From: an uncultured cyanobacterium
GTDB lineage: Bacteria > Cyanobacteriota > Cyanobacteriia > PCC-9006 > JAAUQQ01
Assembly (NCBI GenBank): GCA_963718615.1
Contig: OY970368.1
Span: forward strand, 5,920,001 to 5,984,000
Length of the DNA stretch: 64,000 bases
Reading direction: 5' to 3'
In this document: positions 31,113 to 44,240 of the stretch, piece after piece
Numbering within the stretch: position 1 is the first letter of the stretch
How the letters are laid out: the number at the start of each line of letters is the position of its first letter
Notes under the pieces: model-generated
The model's database searches: none
What the model was told of the DNA's origin: nothing
The model's input: only the letters and a program-made list of their open reading frames with translations
Translations under genes and position numbers: made by a program

Positions 31113-31976
31113 ATGGGTATCCGTGCATATCGGCCATACACCCCCGGCACTCGCGAGCGCGTCGTCTCCGACTTTGCGGAGATCACCCGCGATAAGCCCG
31201 AAAAGTCCTTAACGAAGGCAAAGCACCGCGCCAAAGGTCGAAACAACCGAGGTGTGATTACCTGTCGCCACCGGGGCGGCGGTAGTAAAAAGCGTTACCG
31301 GGTTGTGGATTTTCGTCGCGACAAGCGCAATGTTCCCGCCAAAGTTGCAGCGATCGAGTACGATCCCAACCGCAATGCGCGAATTGCGCTCCTTTATTAC
31401 GAAGATGGCGAAAAGCGCTACATTCTTCATCCCGCTGGCCTAGAAGTCGGCGGCACCGTCATCGCTGGAGAAGAGGTGGCCTTTGAAGTCGGCAATGCAA
31501 TGCCCTTGGCCAATGTGCCCTTGGGTTCCCAAGTTCATAATGTAGAGCTGGTTGCCGGTAAGGGAGGACAAATTGTCCGAGCCGCAGGTGCTTCCGCTCA
31601 GGTTGTGGCCAAGGATGGTAACTATGTTGCGCTCAAGCTGCCTTCTACTGAAGTTCGTTTGGTTCGCCGCGAATGTTATGCCACGCTTGGCGTTGTGGGC
31701 AACGGAGAAGTGCGCAACACGACCTTGGGCAAAGCGGGCCGGACGCGCTGGAAAGGTCGTCGTCCCCAGGTTCGCGGTAGCGTCATGAACCCAGTGGATC
31801 ACCCCCATGGTGGCGGTGAGGGTCGTGCACCGATTGGTCGTAGCGGACCGGTAACCCCTTGGGGTAAACCTGCCTTGGGCAAGAAGACCCGCAAGAAGAA
31901 CAAACCGAGCGATCGCTTAGTTCTCCGCCGCCGCCGTAAGACCTCGAAGCGGAGCCGTGGTGGCCGTGAGGCTTAA
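31113..31976 (+). CDS. rplB: 50S ribosomal protein L2
   Basis: [26 protein letters not shown]. Confidence 0.98.
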   Translation: MGIRAYRPYTPGTRERVVSDFAEITRDKPEKSLTKAKHRAKGRNNRGVITCRHRGGGSKKRYRVVDFRRDKRNVPAKVAAIEYDPNRNARIALLYYEDGEKRYILHPAGLEVGGTVIAGEEVAFEVGNAMPLANVPLGSQVHNVELVAGKGGQIVRAAGASAQVVAKDGNYVALKLPSTEVRLVRRECYATLGVVGNGEVRNTTLGKAGRTRWKGRRPQVRGSVMNPVDHPHGGGEGRAPIGRSGPVTPWGKPALGKKTRKKNKPSDRLVLRRRRKTSKRSRGGREA

Positions 31977-32054
31977 GGCAAAGCCCTTTACTGGCGCTTA
32001 GATTCCCAACGAATACCCTGCTGAAAGTTTTACGACAATACCCACGAAAACACC

Positions 32055-32330
32055 ATGTCACGCTCTCTCAAAAAAGGTCCTTTTGTTGCAGACCATCTGA
32101 TGAGCAAAATCGAAAAGATGAATGCTCGCGGCGAGAAGCAGGTGATTAAAACCTGGTCTCGGGCTTCCACGATTTTGCCCAACATGATTGGTCATACCAT
32201 CGCGGTCCATAACGGTCGGCAGCATGTGCCCGTCTATGTCACTGAGCAAATGGTCGGCCACAAGCTAGGCGAATTTGCTCCTACCCGCACCTTTCGCGGA
32301 CACACCAAGGATAAGAAAGCAGGCCGCTAG
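32055..32330 (+). CDS. rpsS: 30S ribosomal protein S19
   Basis: [22 protein letters not shown]. Confidence 0.98.
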   Translation: MSRSLKKGPFVADHLMSKIEKMNARGEKQVIKTWSRASTILPNMIGHTIAVHNGRQHVPVYVTEQMVGHKLGEFAPTRTFRGHTKDKKAGR

Positions 32331-32406
32331 GGCTTGTCTCTCTCCTGATTAAACCCATCCGCTGAGCAATATCAGCCGAGCAACATCAGCCGAGGAAATC
32401 AGTTCA

Positions 32407-32766
32407 ATGGCGATCGATACCACCACAGAAGCACGCTCTGTAGCCCGCTATATCCGGATGTCTCCGTCCAAGGTGCGCCGCGTGCTTGACCAGATCCGAG
32501 GCCGTTCCTATCGGGAGGCCCTGATCGTTTTGGAATTTATGCCCTATCGGGCCTGCGAGCCGGTTCTCAAGGTGCTGCGTTCCGCTGTCGCAAATGCTGA
32601 ACACAACATGGGTTTGGATCCGTCCACCCTGGTTGTGAGCCAAGCCTTTGCAGACCAAGGACCAGTCCTCAAGCGCTTCCGTCCTCGCGCGCAAGGGCGT
32701 GCTTACCAGATTCGTAAGGGAACTTGCCACATTACTGTGGCGGTTGCACCCACTGCGGATGAGTAA
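32407..32766 (+). CDS. rplV: 50S ribosomal protein L22
   Basis: [31 protein letters not shown]. Confidence 0.98.
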   Translation: MAIDTTTEARSVARYIRMSPSKVRRVLDQIRGRSYREALIVLEFMPYRACEPVLKVLRSAVANAEHNMGLDPSTLVVSQAFADQGPVLKRFRPRAQGRAYQIRKGTCHITVAVAPTADE

Positions 32767-32853
32767 AGCATTTGAAGTTGCAAGCTGTGCCGGCGTGAAT
32801 CATTAAACGCCCGTCATTTGTAGGAAAGCCAAGAGTTTTAGAGGAACGCGCTT

Positions 32854-33591
32854 GTGGGACAGAAAATACATCCAATTGGATTTCGATTAGGGATTACGCA
32901 GGAGCACCGCTCCCGCTGGTTTGCGGATGCCAAACGCTATCCAGCACTGCTTCAGGAAGACCACCTGATTCGGCAATACATCAATAAGAATTTGGCCAAC
33001 GCCGGTTTAGCCGATATTCGCATTGAGCGCAAAGCAGACCAAATCGAGCTGGAAATTCGCACGGCTCGTCCGGGTGTGGTCGTCGGTCGTGGGGGCGCGG
33101 GCATTGAGAATCTGCGCCAGGGTCTGCAAAAGGAGCTTTCGAGCTATGGCGATCGCCAAATTCGCATCAACGTCGTTGAAGTAGAGCGGGTCGATGCCGA
33201 AGCGGCGCTAATCGCCGAATATATTGGCCAACAGCTAGAGCGTCGGGTTTCCTTCCGTCGCGTTGTCCGTCAGGCCATGCAGCGGGCTCAACGGGCTGGA
33301 GTCAAGGGGATCAAGGTTCAAGTCAGTGGTCGTCTCAACGGCGCTGAAATTGCTCGGACCGAATGGACCCGCGAAGGTCGCGTGCCGCTCCATACCCTGC
33401 GGGCAGATATTGATTACTGCTATCGCACGGCTCAGACCACCTACGGAATTCTCGGGATTAAAGTTTGGGTCTTTAAGGGCGAGGTCATTCCGGGCCAAGA
33501 CGATAAGCCATCGGCGACTCCCGCCCAACCCCGTCGTCGTGCGTCTCGCCGTCGCACCCAACAGTTTGAAGATCGTTCTAACGAAGGTTAA
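32854..33591 (+). CDS. rpsC: 30S ribosomal protein S3
   Basis: [38 protein letters not shown]. Confidence 0.98.
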   Translation: MGQKIHPIGFRLGITQEHRSRWFADAKRYPALLQEDHLIRQYINKNLANAGLADIRIERKADQIELEIRTARPGVVVGRGGAGIENLRQGLQKELSSYGDRQIRINVVEVERVDAEAALIAEYIGQQLERRVSFRRVVRQAMQRAQRAGVKGIKVQVSGRLNGAEIARTEWTREGRVPLHTLRADIDYCYRTAQTTYGILGIKVWVFKGEVIPGQDDKPSATPAQPRRRASRRRTQQFEDRSNEG

Positions 33592-33597
33592 GACGCC

Positions 33598-34023
33598 ATG
33601 CTCAGTCCAAGACGTACAAAATTCCGTAAGCAGCACCGAGGACGGATGCGAGGGGAGGCCAGTCGGGGCAATACCCTGGCCTTTGGAGATTATGCTCTTC
33701 AGGCCCTAGAACCCTCCTGGATTACCTCTCGCCAAATTGAAGCGGCTCGTCGAGCTATGACCCGCTACATCCGTCGGGGTGGAAAAATCTGGATCCGGAT
33801 CTTCCCCGATAAGCCTGTGACCATGCGTCCGGCTGAAACCCGGATGGGTTCTGGTAAAGGTAACCCGGAGTACTGGGTGGCTGTGGTCAAGCCCGGTCGG
33901 ATTATGTTTGAGCTGAATGGTGTGACTGAAGAAATCGCCCGCGAAGCGATGCGTTTGGCCGCCTTTAAGCTTCCCATCAAAACCAAGTTCGTTATGCGGG
34001 AGCAACAGGAGGAGCAACCCTAA
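33598..34023 (+). CDS. rplP: 50S ribosomal protein L16
   Basis: [22 protein letters not shown]. Confidence 0.98.
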   Translation: MLSPRRTKFRKQHRGRMRGEASRGNTLAFGDYALQALEPSWITSRQIEAARRAMTRYIRRGGKIWIRIFPDKPVTMRPAETRMGSGKGNPEYWVAVVKPGRIMFELNGVTEEIAREAMRLAAFKLPIKTKFVMREQQEEQP

Positions 34024-34241
34024 TGGCACTTCCCAAAATTGCTGAGGTTCGTGAACTCAACGACGAAGAATTGGCAGACCAGATTGTTGCGGTCAAACGT
34101 GAGTTGTTTGAATTGCGGTTTCAGTTGGCAACGCGCCAGCTTGCAGCCCCGCATTACTTCAAACATAAAAAGCACCGCCTGGCTCAGCTTCTGACCGTAG
34201 AACGCGAGCGTCAAAACAAGGCCGTGGCCCAAAATTCGTAG
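34023..34241 (+). CDS. rpmC: 50S ribosomal protein L29
   Basis: KRELFELRFQLAT; operon position. Confidence 0.96.
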   Translation: MALPKIAEVRELNDEELADQIVAVKRELFELRFQLATRQLAAPHYFKHKKHRLAQLLTVERERQNKAVAQNS

Positions 34242-34296
34242 TTCAACCCCCGTGGTTTGATCATCCAGGTTTTCAAGACGCTCGGAGAAAGTTTCG

Positions 34297-34542
34297 ATGG
34301 CAGTAAAAGAGAGAGTTGGACTTGTCGTTAGCGACAAGATGCAAAAAACTGTGGTGGTGGCGGTTGAAAACCGTGCTCCCCACCCTAAGTACGCAAAGAT
34401 TATGGTTCGTACCAAGCGCTATAAAGTGCATGACGAAGAGAACCAGTGCAAGGTGGGCGATCGCGTCCGCATCCGTGAAACGCGTCCCCTCAGCAAAACC
34501 AAGCGCTGGACCGTTGCCGAAGTTCTGACCAGTGCCACCTAG
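34297..34542 (+). CDS. rpsQ: 30S ribosomal protein S17
   Basis: [25 protein letters not shown]. Confidence 0.98.
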   Translation: MAVKERVGLVVSDKMQKTVVVAVENRAPHPKYAKIMVRTKRYKVHDEENQCKVGDRVRIRETRPLSKTKRWTVAEVLTSAT

Positions 34543-34563
34543 GGTATCCGGAGGAAAATCCCC

Positions 34564-34929
34564 ATGATTCAGCAGGAAACCTATCTCAATGTGGCGGATA
34601 ACAGCGGTGCCCGCAAACTGATGTGTATCCGTGTCCTCGGCAGCAACCGTCGCTATGCCGGGATCGGTGATGTCATTGTCGCTGTGGTAAAAGATGCGCT
34701 TCCAAACATGCCGGTGAAAAAATCCGACGTGGTCAAGGCAGTCGTGGTCCGCACGAAGAAAAGTCTGCGTCGCGAAAGCGGGATGAGCATTCGCTTTGAT
34801 GACAATGCCGCCGTCATTATCAATGATGCAGGCAATCCACGGGGAACCCGTGTGTTTGGCCCTGTCGCGCGGGAATTGCGCGATCGCAACTACATGAAAA
34901 TCGTCTCTCTGGCTCCGGAGGTGCTCTAA
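34564..34929 (+). CDS. rplN: 50S ribosomal protein L14
   Basis: [22 protein letters not shown]. Confidence 0.98.
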   Translation: MIQQETYLNVADNSGARKLMCIRVLGSNRRYAGIGDVIVAVVKDALPNMPVKKSDVVKAVVVRTKKSLRRESGMSIRFDDNAAVIINDAGNPRGTRVFGPVARELRDRNYMKIVSLAPEVL

Positions 34930-35280
34930 ATGGCCAAGCCATCCAAGAAATCCACCCATGCCCAGCACATGCATGTCAAAAAGGGTGATACGGTCCAAGT
35001 CATCACCGGAAAAGACAAAGGCAAAGTGGGGGAAGTCCTCCGCGTCCTCCCGAAGGAAAGCCGTGTGTTGGTAGCGGGTGTCAATATGCGGACCAAGCAC
35101 CTTAAGGCGAAAGCCGAAGGTGAGTCCGGGCAAATCGTCACCGAAGAAGCATCGATTCACAGCTCGAACGTCATGCTCTATTCCACCAAAGAAAAGGTGG
35201 CGAGTCGCGTTTGCTATACCTTCACTGAAGACGGTCGCAAGGTTCGCAAACTCAAAAAAACCGGTGAAGTCATCGACTAA
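34930..35280 (+). CDS. rplX: 50S ribosomal protein L24
   Basis: KOW motif [19 protein letters not shown]. Confidence 0.98.
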   Translation: MAKPSKKSTHAQHMHVKKGDTVQVITGKDKGKVGEVLRVLPKESRVLVAGVNMRTKHLKAKAEGESGQIVTEEASIHSSNVMLYSTKEKVASRVCYTFTEDGRKVRKLKKTGEVID

Positions 35281-35399
35281 TCATCGGCCCAAGCCCAACG
35301 ACCGCAGGAAGGACTGAATAAATTTCGCCTTCATCCCGGTCATCCGTTTACCCTTTCCGCTGACCTGACACAGACCAGGACAGCCCTACAGACAAGACC

Positions 35400-35948
35400 A
35401 TGGCACACAAACCGCTTAAAGAACGTTACTCATCAGAGATTGTTCCCAAGCTCATGGAGCAGTTTGGGTACACCAACATTCACCAAGTCCCCAAATTGGT
35501 CAAGGTGACCATTAACCGGGGTTTGGGGGATGCTGCGCAAAATGCAAAGGCACTGGAATCTTCCCAAACCGAAATTGCGACGATCACCGGCCAAAAACCG
35601 GTAGTCACTCGGGCCAAGAAGGCGATCGCCGGTTTCAAAATTCGCCAAGGCATGCCCATCGGCATCATGGTGACCCTGCGGCGCGATCGCATGTACGGCT
35701 TCCTCGATCGTCTTCTCAATCTCTCGCTTCCCCGGATTCGGGACTTTCGAGGAGTCAGCCCCCGCAGCTTCGATGGGCGCGGTAACTACACCCTCGGGGT
35801 ACGTGAGCAACTCATTTTCCCCGAAGTCAGCTACGACCAAATCGACCAGATTCGGGGTCTAGATATTTCCATCGTGACAACAGCACACACCGACGAAGAG
35901 GGACGCGCCCTGCTCAAAGAAATGGGCATGCCCTTCCGGGATAACTGA
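35400..35948 (+). CDS. rplE: 50S ribosomal protein L5
   Basis: [22 protein letters not shown]. Confidence 0.98.
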   Translation: MAHKPLKERYSSEIVPKLMEQFGYTNIHQVPKLVKVTINRGLGDAAQNAKALESSQTEIATITGQKPVVTRAKKAIAGFKIRQGMPIGIMVTLRRDRMYGFLDRLLNLSLPRIRDFRGVSPRSFDGRGNYTLGVREQLIFPEVSYDQIDQIRGLDISIVTTAHTDEEGRALLKEMGMPFRDN

Positions 35949-35972
35949 GGCAGTTCCAAGTAAGGAAAAACT

Positions 35973-36374
35973 ATGGCGGTTAACGATCCAATTGCAGATA
36001 TGCTGACGCGCATCCGGAACGCCAACCTGGCGCGCCACGATACGACGTCGATCCCCGCAAGCCGGATGATCCACAGCATCGCCCAGGTGCTGCAACAAGA
36101 AGGCTTCATTGGCGAGATTAAAGAAGAAGGTGAAGGCATCAAGCGCAGCATTGTGCTGTCGTTGAAATACAACGAAGCCACGCGTCAGCCAGTCATCAAG
36201 AAACTCAAGCGGATTAGCAAACCCGGTCTTCGCGTGTATGCCAACCGTCGGGAGTTGCCTCGGGTTCTGGGCGGTATTGGCGTTGCCATCATCTCCACCT
36301 CGCAAGGCATTATGACCGATCGCGAAGCGCGTCGTCAGGGTCTCGGTGGCGAAGTTCTTTGCTACGTCTGGTAA
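35973..36374 (+). CDS. rpsH: 30S ribosomal protein S8
   Basis: [22 protein letters not shown]. Confidence 0.98.
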   Translation: MAVNDPIADMLTRIRNANLARHDTTSIPASRMIHSIAQVLQQEGFIGEIKEEGEGIKRSIVLSLKYNEATRQPVIKKLKRISKPGLRVYANRRELPRVLGGIGVAIISTSQGIMTDREARRQGLGGEVLCYVW

Positions 36375-36461
36375 TCCATCTGGACCCACCCGTTGGAAGA
36401 GGTTCCGCCCGGACTTCCTCTGCCGACTCAGTTATTTAGCTGTTTTCTAGGAGCGATTGTC

Positions 36462-37001
36462 GTGTCTCGTATTGGTAAGCGTCCCATTCCAATTCCGGAT
36501 AAGGTGGCCATCACCATTCAAGGCAATCATGTGAGTGTTAAAGGGCCTAAGGGCGAGCTCGCTCGAGAGCTGCCTAACGGTGTAACCGTAGCCCAGGAAG
36601 ATAACACGATTGTCGTGAATCGGGTCGATGAATCCCGCCTTGCCCGTGAGCGCCATGGCCTATGCCGCACCCTTGTGGCCAACATGGTTGAAGGCGTCTC
36701 CCAAGGGTTTAGCCGTGACCTTGAAATCATCGGCGTTGGTTATCGGGCCCAAGTCCAGGGAAAAGACTTAATTCTCAACCTGGGCTACAGCAATCCCGTA
36801 ACCATCCAGCCCCCTGATGGCATTCAATTTGCGGTCGATAAAAACGTGCGCGTCACGGTTTCTGGCATTAGCAAAGAGCTCGTAGGAGACATTGCTGCCA
36901 AAGTTCGCTCCACGCGTCCGCCGGAGCCCTACAAAGGTAAAGGCGTTCGCTATGTGGGTGAAGTCGTGCGCCGTAAGGCTGGTAAGACAGGGAAGAAATA
37001 A
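36462..37001 (+). CDS. rplF: 50S ribosomal protein L6
   Basis: GTG start SRIGKRPI; PPEPYKGKG. Confidence 0.97.
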   Translation: MSRIGKRPIPIPDKVAITIQGNHVSVKGPKGELARELPNGVTVAQEDNTIVVNRVDESRLARERHGLCRTLVANMVEGVSQGFSRDLEIIGVGYRAQVQGKDLILNLGYSNPVTIQPPDGIQFAVDKNVRVTVSGISKELVGDIAAKVRSTRPPEPYKGKGVRYVGEVVRRKAGKTGKK

Positions 37002-37004
37002 GCC

Positions 37005-37364
37005 ATGAAGTACACCCGTAAAGAATCAACCCAGCGTCGCCATCAGCGCATTCGTCGTCGGGTTTCTGGAACCTCTGAACGCCCCCGTTTGGCTGTGTTC
37101 CGCTCCAACAATCACATCTATGCTCAGGTGATTGATGACACAGCGCATCACACCTTGGTCTCCGCTTCAACTTTGGATCCTGATCTCAAAGCCGACGTAA
37201 CAGGCGGTAATTGCGATGCGTCGGTTAAGGTTGGAGAGTTGGTGGCCAAGCGCGCCCTGGATAAAGGCATCAAGCAGGTGGTGTTTGACCGAGGTGGCAA
37301 GCTCTATCACGGTCGAATCAAAGCCCTAGCAGATGCCGCCCGTGAAGCCGGTCTGGAGTTCTAA
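37005..37364 (+). CDS. rplR: 50S ribosomal protein L18
   Basis: [31 protein letters not shown]. Confidence 0.98.
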   Translation: MKYTRKESTQRRHQRIRRRVSGTSERPRLAVFRSNNHIYAQVIDDTAHHTLVSASTLDPDLKADVTGGNCDASVKVGELVAKRALDKGIKQVVFDRGGKLYHGRIKALADAAREAGLEF

Positions 37365-37380
37365 GGAGACAAGGAATCAG

Positions 37381-37932
37381 ATGACTAACAGTGGGAACAG
37401 CGGTGGCGGCAACAACAGCCGCCGCAAAGGCAATCGCAATCGCGAGAAAGAAACCGAGTGGGAAGAGCGGGTCGTTCAGATTCGCCGGGTCACCAAGGTG
37501 GTCAAAGGCGGTAAAAAACTGAGCTTCCGGGCGATCGTGGTCGTTGGCAATGGCAAAGGCCAAGTCGGCGTTGGCGTTGGCAAAGCTGCTGATGTGGTTG
37601 GTGCGGTCCGTAAGGGCGTCGCTGATGGCAAAAAGCACTTGGTCACTGTACCGCTCACCAAGAACAACTCGATCCCTCAGCCTTCGACCGGCATTAGTGG
37701 TGCAGCGAAGGTGATGACTCGCCCTGCTGCCCCTGGTACCGGTGTAATTGCAGGGGGGGCGGTGCGAACCGTACTAGAGCTATCGGGCGTTAAGAATATC
37801 TTGGCCAAGCAGTTGGGTTCTGACAACCAGCTCAACAATGCTCGGGCAACCATTGATGCCTTAGCCGGTCTACGGACCTTTAGCTCGGTTGCCAAAGAGC
37901 GGGGCGTTCCTCTGGAACAGCTCTACGGCTAA
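37381..37932 (+). CDS. rpsE: 30S ribosomal protein S5
   Basis: [18 protein letters not shown]; ATG at 37381. Confidence 0.97.
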   Translation: MTNSGNSGGGNNSRRKGNRNREKETEWEERVVQIRRVTKVVKGGKKLSFRAIVVVGNGKGQVGVGVGKAADVVGAVRKGVADGKKHLVTVPLTKNNSIPQPSTGISGAAKVMTRPAAPGTGVIAGGAVRTVLELSGVKNILAKQLGSDNQLNNARATIDALAGLRTFSSVAKERGVPLEQLYG

Positions 37933-37962
37933 AGCAGTTTCATTGCAAACAGGTGAAGCGAT

Positions 37963-38427
37963 ATGAGAATTGGAGACGTCGGACCCAAAGCGGGTTCCCA
38001 AAAACGTCGGACCCGCAAAGGTCGTGGTATTTCGGCGGGACAAGGCGCAAGCTGCGGCTTCGGGATGCGGGGTCAAAAGTCCCGTTCTGGTCGCCCCACT
38101 CGCCCTGGATTTGAAGGGGGGCAATTGCCTCTCTATCGTCGTCTGCCCAAGTTAAAGCACTTTACGGTCATTAACCGGAAGCAATACACTACGGTCAATG
38201 TCAGCAAATTAGCTAATTTGTCTGCCAACACCCAGGTGACCCTTGACTCCCTTATGGCCGTCGGCATTGTGACCACCAATGACGGACCACTCAAAGTTTT
38301 GGGCGATGGTGAGCTGAATGTGGCGCTAGAAGTCCATGCTGCGGCTTTTACGGCTTCTGCCAAGCAGAAGATCGAGGCAGCAGGGGGAAGCTATGTTCTG
38401 ACCACAGCGGCCCAACCTGAAGCCTAA
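37963..38427 (+). CDS. rplO: 50S ribosomal protein L15
   Basis: [22 protein letters not shown]. Confidence 0.98.
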   Translation: MRIGDVGPKAGSQKRRTRKGRGISAGQGASCGFGMRGQKSRSGRPTRPGFEGGQLPLYRRLPKLKHFTVINRKQYTTVNVSKLANLSANTQVTLDSLMAVGIVTTNDGPLKVLGDGELNVALEVHAAAFTASAKQKIEAAGGSYVLTTAAQPEA

Positions 38428-38534
38428 AGGACTAAATCCTAGGTTACCAACCTAAGTTTGAAGGTCTTAAATCAAACGTCTAAGCCGGAAATCTCAATTC
38501 AACTGTCAGCAAGTCAACCTACACTCAACCGCCT

Positions 38535-39851
38535 ATGGTTATCAGTCGAGGAAAAACGCCTTCCGCGCAAGAAACATTTATGCAAATGGCCCAGGCATCG
38601 GGTCTGCGCGGGCGTGTGTTAGTGACGATTGGCTTGCTGTTGCTAGCCCGTGTTGGCATTGCGATTCCGTTGCCTGGGATTAATCGCCCTGCCTTTTCTT
38701 CCGCTTTGCAAGATAACACTGGGTTAGGAGGCGTTCTAGGTTTTCTAGATATCTTCTCCGGCGGTGGCTTATCTGCTCTAGGGGTTTTTGCCCTAGGGAT
38801 TTTGCCCTTCATCAATGCTTCCATCATCATTCAACTGCTGACGGCGGCGTTGCCTTCTCTGGAAGATTTGCAGAAAAATGAAGGGGAAGCGGGTCGCCGG
38901 AAAATTTCGCAAATTACTCGCTATGTGGCGTTGGGCTGGGCGCTATTGCAAGGAACAGCAATTGGATTATGGGTCAATACGTTTGCCTATGATCCAGGTA
39001 CGTTTTTCATCTTTAAAACCGTTGTGGCGCTGGCAGCGGGCTCTATGTTTGTCATGTGGCTGGGCGAGTTGATTACTGAGCGCGGGATTGGCAATGGAGC
39101 GTCGCTGCTGATTTTTATCAACATCGTGGCGACGTTGCCTCGCTCCCTTGCTAATACGTTTCAACTTGCCCAATCGGATCAGAACGCGGTAGGCGGTATT
39201 GTGATTTTAGGACTTGTGTTCCTTATCACGATTGTCGGCATTGTGTTCGTCCAAGAGGGAACTCGACGCATTCCGATTGTCTCTGCTCGCCGTCAGGTGG
39301 GTAAGCGAATGTTTGCGGAGAAGAGCAGCTATCTACCCTTACGCCTCAATCAGGGTGGGGTCATGCCCATCATTTTTGCGTCAACGGTGTTGATTTTGCC
39401 CTCTTTCATTGCGAATGCTGCGCAGAATGAAACGGTTGCTAAAATCGTGAGCTATCTGCAGCCCAATGGACCTGCTCCCTGGATTTACGCGCTGTTCTAT
39501 CTGGTTTTAATTCTGTTCTTCAGCTACTTTTATGCCTCTCTCATCGTCAATCCGGTGGATATGGCCCAAAACTTGAAGAAGATGGGATCCAGTATTCCGG
39601 GTATTCGTCCTGGGCGAGCGACGAGTGAGTACATTAGCCGTGTGCTCAATCGCCTAACGTTGCTAGGAGCGATTTTTCTGGGTCTGGTTGCAATTGTACC
39701 GACGGCGGTAGAAGGAGCAACCCAGGTCAAAACCTTTCAAGGCTTTGGGGCAACGTCACTGCTGATTTTGGTGGGGGTTGCGATCGACACCTCTCGTCAG
39801 GTTCAGACCTATGTGATTTCCCAACGATACGAAGGGATGGTGAAGCAGTAG
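38535..39851 (+). CDS. secY: Preprotein translocase subunit SecY
   Basis: [44 protein letters not shown]. Confidence 0.98.
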   Translation: MVISRGKTPSAQETFMQMAQASGLRGRVLVTIGLLLLARVGIAIPLPGINRPAFSSALQDNTGLGGVLGFLDIFSGGGLSALGVFALGILPFINASIIIQLLTAALPSLEDLQKNEGEAGRRKISQITRYVALGWALLQGTAIGLWVNTFAYDPGTFFIFKTVVALAAGSMFVMWLGELITERGIGNGASLLIFINIVATLPRSLANTFQLAQSDQNAVGGIVILGLVFLITIVGIVFVQEGTRRIPIVSARRQVGKRMFAEKSSYLPLRLNQGGVMPIIFASTVLILPSFIANAAQNETVAKIVSYLQPNGPAPWIYALFYLVLILFFSYFYASLIVNPVDMAQNLKKMGSSIPGIRPGRATSEYISRVLNRLTLLGAIFLGLVAIVPTAVEGATQVKTFQGFGATSLLILVGVAIDTSRQVQTYVISQRYEGMVKQ

Positions 39852-40402
39852 TGAAACGTCTAATTTTCCTAGGACCCCCTGGAGCGGGTAAAGGGACCCA
39901 GGCTGCGGTTGTGGCTCAGGAAGCAAACATTGCCCATATCTCGACGGGGGATATTCTCCGCGCCGCCGTGGCGAACCAGACGGATTTGGGCAAGAAAGCC
40001 GAGACCTATATGTCTCGGGGTGACCTGGTTCCAGATGACTTGGTGCTGGGTTTGGTGAAAGAGCGTCTAGAGCAGGCGGATGCTCAGGCTGGTTGGATTT
40101 TGGACGGTTTTCCCCGCAATGCGGTTCAGGCGGAAGCTTTGGATGTGTTGCTGGCTGGAATTCATCAAAGTCCGGATTCGGCGGTCAATTTTGACGTTCC
40201 GGATGAGGCGTTAGTCCAGCGCCTTCTCCAACGCGGTCGAAAGGATGACGAAGAGGCGGTGATTCGTCATCGACTTGTGGTCTACCGGGAACAAACAGCT
40301 CCGCTGATTGCTTTTTATCAGCAACGGGGCAAGTTGGTTTCTGTGAATGGGGATGCTTCAGTTGAAGAGGTCACGACTCATCTGCGATCGCTCCTGTCCT
40401 AA
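39851..40402 (+). CDS. adk: Adenylate kinase (short form)
   Basis: [24 protein letters not shown]. Confidence 0.97.
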   Translation: MKRLIFLGPPGAGKGTQAAVVAQEANIAHISTGDILRAAVANQTDLGKKAETYMSRGDLVPDDLVLGLVKERLEQADAQAGWILDGFPRNAVQAEALDVLLAGIHQSPDSAVNFDVPDEALVQRLLQRGRKDDEEAVIRHRLVVYREQTAPLIAFYQQRGKLVSVNGDASVEEVTTHLRSLLS

Positions 40403-40479
40403 GCTGGCTCCCGATTTCATCATCTTCGGACTACCCTGGAAGAGAATCTGTTGAGTTACTTGGAAGGAGTTCAAGCAGT

Positions 40480-40704
40480 TTGTCTAAACAAGATCTCATT
40501 GAAATGGAGGGGACCGTCACGGAATCATTGCCAAATGCAATGTTTCGGGTCGATCTCGACAATGGCTTTAACGTGTTGGCCCATATCTCAGGCAAGATCC
40601 GCCGCAATTACATCAAGATTTTGCCGGGCGATCGCGTCAAGGTCGAACTCACACCCTACGACCTCAGTAAAGGTCGGATTACTTACCGCTTGCGTAAGAA
40701 ATAA
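40480..40704 (+). CDS. infA: Translation initiation factor IF-1
   Basis: [27 protein letters not shown]. Confidence 0.98.
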   Translation: MSKQDLIEMEGTVTESLPNAMFRVDLDNGFNVLAHISGKIRRNYIKILPGDRVKVELTPYDLSKGRITYRLRKK

Positions 40705-40818
40705 TCCAACCGCTCTTCTGGCGCTTAAGGATGTGGTTTTGAGTGTTCGCACTCATTACAGATCTGCGCGCCCATTCTGTTGTAAACTACTAGTTTTGTA
40801 AGGATTGCCAAGGCAGTC

Positions 40819-40935
40819 ATGAAAGTTAGACCTTCAGTACGGAAAATGTGTGATAAGTGCCGCGTCATTCGTCGACGGGGCCGCGTCATGGTGATTTGTG
40901 CGGTGAACCCCAAGCACAAGCAGCGGCAAGGTTAG
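40819..40935 (+). CDS. rpmJ: 50S ribosomal protein L36 (not in ORF track)
   Basis: [38 protein letters not shown]. Confidence 0.98.
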   Translation: MKVRPSVRKMCDKCRVIRRRGRVMVICAVNPKHKQRQG

Positions 40936-40995
40936 ACCTTGCAAGCGCCACGATGTTAGATTAGGGGATTTTTCAAGCCAGAGGGAGAAAAGAAG

Positions 40996-41376
40996 GTGGC
41001 TCGGATTGCAGGAGTAGATTTGCCGCGAGATAAGCGGATTGAAATTGGGTTGACCTATATCTATGGGGTTGGCCTGAGTCGCTCTCACGAAATATTAGCT
41101 AAGACAGGCGTCAACCCCGATACGCGGGTTCGCGATCTGTCCGACGCAGATGTCGCGGCACTGCGTGAAGCCGTTGAAAATGGTTACCAGATCGAAGGTG
41201 ACCTGCGGCGCTGGGAAGCGATGAACATCAAGCGCTTGATGGATATCGGAACCTATCGGGGTCGTCGCCATCGTGCGGGCTTGCCCTTGCGAGGCCAGCG
41301 GACACGGACCAATGCTCGGACTCGTCGAGGTTCGAAGCGGACTGTGGCCGGTAAGAAAAAGGCTCCGAAGAAGTAA
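40996..41376 (+). CDS. rpsM: 30S ribosomal protein S13
   Basis: [21 protein letters not shown]. Confidence 0.98.
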   Translation: MARIAGVDLPRDKRIEIGLTYIYGVGLSRSHEILAKTGVNPDTRVRDLSDADVAALREAVENGYQIEGDLRRWEAMNIKRLMDIGTYRGRRHRAGLPLRGQRTRTNARTRRGSKRTVAGKKKAPKK

Positions 41377-41518
41377 AAATTTTTTGTGCTTGTCTTTTGT
41401 GCGGGTCTGAGGGTGACGGTTGTAGTTCTTCCAATGGCCCAAAATCTAGCTCCGATATCGATCTGGCGGCAAGTGCAGAGCAACTGTTTAACTCGACACC
41501 TTTAGCTTGGGAAGTTCT

Positions 41519-41911
41519 ATGGCGCGACCAACTCGAAAAACTGGAAGTAAAAAGCAAAAACGCAACGTTCCCAATGGCGTTGCTCACATTCGTTCAACCT
41601 TTAATAACACCATTATTTCAATCACAGATCCTGTGGGTGAAGTTGTGTCCTGGGCATCCGCTGGCTCCAGTGGATTTAAAGGTGCAAAGAAGGGGACTCC
41701 CTTTGCCGCGCAAACCGCAGCGGAAAGCGCTGGACGCAAAGCCATGGACCAAGGCATGCGCCAAATTGAAGTGATGGTTAGCGGTCCGGGTTCGGGTCGG
41801 GAAACAGCAATTCGGGCGTTACAGGGCTCTGGCTTGGAGATTACACTCATTCGAGATGTGACCCCAATTCCTCACAATGGCTGTCGTCCTCCCAAGCGTC
41901 GTCGCGTTTAA
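41519..41911 (+). CDS. rpsK: 30S ribosomal protein S11
   Basis: [21 protein letters not shown]. Confidence 0.98.
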   Translation: MARPTRKTGSKKQKRNVPNGVAHIRSTFNNTIISITDPVGEVVSWASAGSSGFKGAKKGTPFAAQTAAESAGRKAMDQGMRQIEVMVSGPGSGRETAIRALQGSGLEITLIRDVTPIPHNGCRPPKRRRV

Positions 41912-41960
41912 ACCATGGGACGCTGTTGACTAAGCCGAGAAGCAAGAGGGAGGGAAGCCT

Positions 41961-42893
41961 GTGGCATTTCAAGTTGAATGCATTGAGACCACGATTGAAA
42001 AAGACCAGAGCCAATACAGTAAGTTTGTCATTGAGCCGCTAGGTCGGGGGCAAGGAACAACGGTCGGTAATGCGCTGCGCCGAGTGCTGCTGTCCAATTT
42101 GGGTGGAGCGGCGATGACGGCAGTGCGAATTTCTGGCGTTAGCCATGAGTTTGCCACGATTCCGGGCGTTCGAGAGGACGTTTTGGATATTTTGCTGAAC
42201 GTCAAACAGATTGTTCTGCGCTCCCATTCTGCCCAGCCCCAGATTGGTCGTCTGCATGTCCAGGGGCCTGCGATGGTCACCGCAGGACATATTGACTTCA
42301 ATCCGGATGTTGAGGTGATTAACCCGAACCAATACATCGCGACGATCGCGGCAGGATCGACGCTAGAAATGGAGTTTCGGGTTGAGCAGGGTGAAGGCTA
42401 TCGCACGTTTGAGCGGAGTCAAGAGGATGCCACTGCGGTGGACTTTCTGCAAATTGATGCCGTGTTTATGCCGGTGCGGAAGGTGAACTATACCGTTGAG
42501 GCAACGCGATCGCCCGAGAATCTAGAGCAGGATCGTCTGCAAATCGAAATTTGGTCGAATGGCAGCATCACTCCTCAGGAGGCGTTGAGCCAAGCGGCCA
42601 GCATGCTGGTGGATCTCTTTAACCCGCTACGGGAAATCAACTTTGATTCTCCTGGAGAAGAAGAGACTATCGAGCGCCCCGAGAATCAGGTTCCCATCGA
42701 AGAGCTACAGCTCTCGGTACGGGCCTACAACTGTCTCAAGCGAGCCCAGATCAACTCCGTTGCCGATCTCCTGGACTATTCCCAGGAAGATTTGCTGGAG
42801 ATCAAAAACTTTGGGCAAAAGTCAGCGGAAGAAGTGGTCGAGGCGCTCCAGCAGCACCTTGGCATTACGCTGCCCCAGTCCAAGCACGGTTAA
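41961..42893 (+). CDS. rpoA: RNA polymerase alpha subunit
   Basis: GTTVGNALRRVLLS, GVREDV, LSVRAYNCLKRA, NFGQKSAEEV. Confidence 0.98.
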   Translation: MAFQVECIETTIEKDQSQYSKFVIEPLGRGQGTTVGNALRRVLLSNLGGAAMTAVRISGVSHEFATIPGVREDVLDILLNVKQIVLRSHSAQPQIGRLHVQGPAMVTAGHIDFNPDVEVINPNQYIATIAAGSTLEMEFRVEQGEGYRTFERSQEDATAVDFLQIDAVFMPVRKVNYTVEATRSPENLEQDRLQIEIWSNGSITPQEALSQAASMLVDLFNPLREINFDSPGEEETIERPENQVPIEELQLSVRAYNCLKRAQINSVADLLDYSQEDLLEIKNFGQKSAEEVVEALQQHLGITLPQSKHG

Positions 42894-42914
42894 TTCCAGA
42901 AACAGTAGAACATC

Positions 42915-43265
42915 ATGCGTCATCGTTGTCGTGTCCCTCAGCTCGGTCGGCCTGCTGACCAGCGTAAGGCTCTTCTGCGTTCGCTCACCACTGAGCTGCT
43001 GCGCAACGGCCAAATCAAAACCACCAAGGCTCGTGCCAAAGCGGTGCGTTCCGAAGTGGAAGGCATTATTACGCTTGCCAAGGATGGTAGCCTGGCGGCT
43101 CGCCGTCGTGCCTTGGGCTATATCTATGACAAGAGCCTAGTCCATGCCATTTTTGAGCAGGCTCAGACACGCTATGGTGAGCGCAACGGCGGTTATACCC
43201 GCATTTTGCGCACCATTCGTCGTCGGGGTGACAACTCAGACATGGCCATCATTGAGTTGGTTTAG
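42915..43265 (+). CDS. rplQ: 50S ribosomal protein L17
   Basis: [13 protein letters not shown]. Confidence 0.98.
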   Translation: MRHRCRVPQLGRPADQRKALLRSLTTELLRNGQIKTTKARAKAVRSEVEGIITLAKDGSLAARRRALGYIYDKSLVHAIFEQAQTRYGERNGGYTRILRTIRRRGDNSDMAIIELV

Positions 43266-43294
43266 ACGGCTGTAGGGCCAGTCCTGGTTTTTCC

Positions 43295-44188
43295 ATGGTG
43301 ATGTCTTCTGCATCCAGTCTTCGCTTTCCGATTCCTGCGGTTGACCCAACGGTTCGGCGCATTGCCCTTGTGCTTCAGTATCAAGGCGATCGCTTCTACG
43401 GTTGGCAACGGCAACCCCAGGGTCGAACAGTACAGGCTGAACTGGAGGAGGCGATCGCAACCCTGGTCGATCATCCTGTTCGGATCCATGCTGCCGGACG
43501 AACCGATAGCGGCGTTCACGCCGCTGCCCAGGTGGTTCACTTTGACACCACCAGTCCGATTCCGGCCCATCGCTGGATGGCGGCCCTCAATAGTCGTCTT
43601 CCAAGCGATATGATTGTGAGGGCTTCTGCAGCGGTACCCCAAGATTGGCACGCCCGATTTTCCGCCCTTTGGCGACGGTATCGCTACACGCTCTACACTG
43701 ACCACCGACCCAACCTTTTTCTTCGCCCGTTTGTTTGGCACTACTACCGAGCCCCCCTCGACGAACGCAAGATGTTGGCTGCACTGACCCCGCTGTTGGG
43801 CAGACATCATCTTTCCGCCTTCGAGCGATCGCGCTCCGGTCGGCCCCATTCCTGGGTAGATGTCCAAGATATCCTGTGCCAGCGGCGGGGTCCGTTCATC
43901 GAGATTGAGGTTCAAGCCAGCGGTTTTCTCTACGGCATGATTCGTTTGCTCGTAGGAATGCTGGTCCAGGTGGGTGAGGGTTCTCGGACCGTCGAACGCT
44001 TTACAGAAATCTGGCAAACCGAACGCCGGGATCTTGTAAAGCACTCAGCGCCAGCCCAAGGACTCTGTCTATTGCGGGTTGGCTATCCCGAGCCACCGTT
44101 TCCGCTGGAGGCATGGTACGACAATCAGCCCCGGTTTTGGTTAACCGAATTGCCTGATTTAAGTGCCGCCCCATGTCCCCCCAGCTAA
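43295..44188 (+). CDS. truA: tRNA pseudouridine(38-40) synthase
   Basis: [37 protein letters not shown]. Confidence 0.96.
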   Translation: MVMSSASSLRFPIPAVDPTVRRIALVLQYQGDRFYGWQRQPQGRTVQAELEEAIATLVDHPVRIHAAGRTDSGVHAAAQVVHFDTTSPIPAHRWMAALNSRLPSDMIVRASAAVPQDWHARFSALWRRYRYTLYTDHRPNLFLRPFVWHYYRAPLDERKMLAALTPLLGRHHLSAFERSRSGRPHSWVDVQDILCQRRGPFIEIEVQASGFLYGMIRLLVGMLVQVGEGSRTVERFTEIWQTERRDLVKHSAPAQGLCLLRVGYPEPPFPLEAWYDNQPRFWLTELPDLSAAPCPPS

Positions 44189-44240
44189 ACCTTGGCCGTT
44201 TTGTAACCGTTTTTCGATCGCATGCTTGAGTAAAGACGTC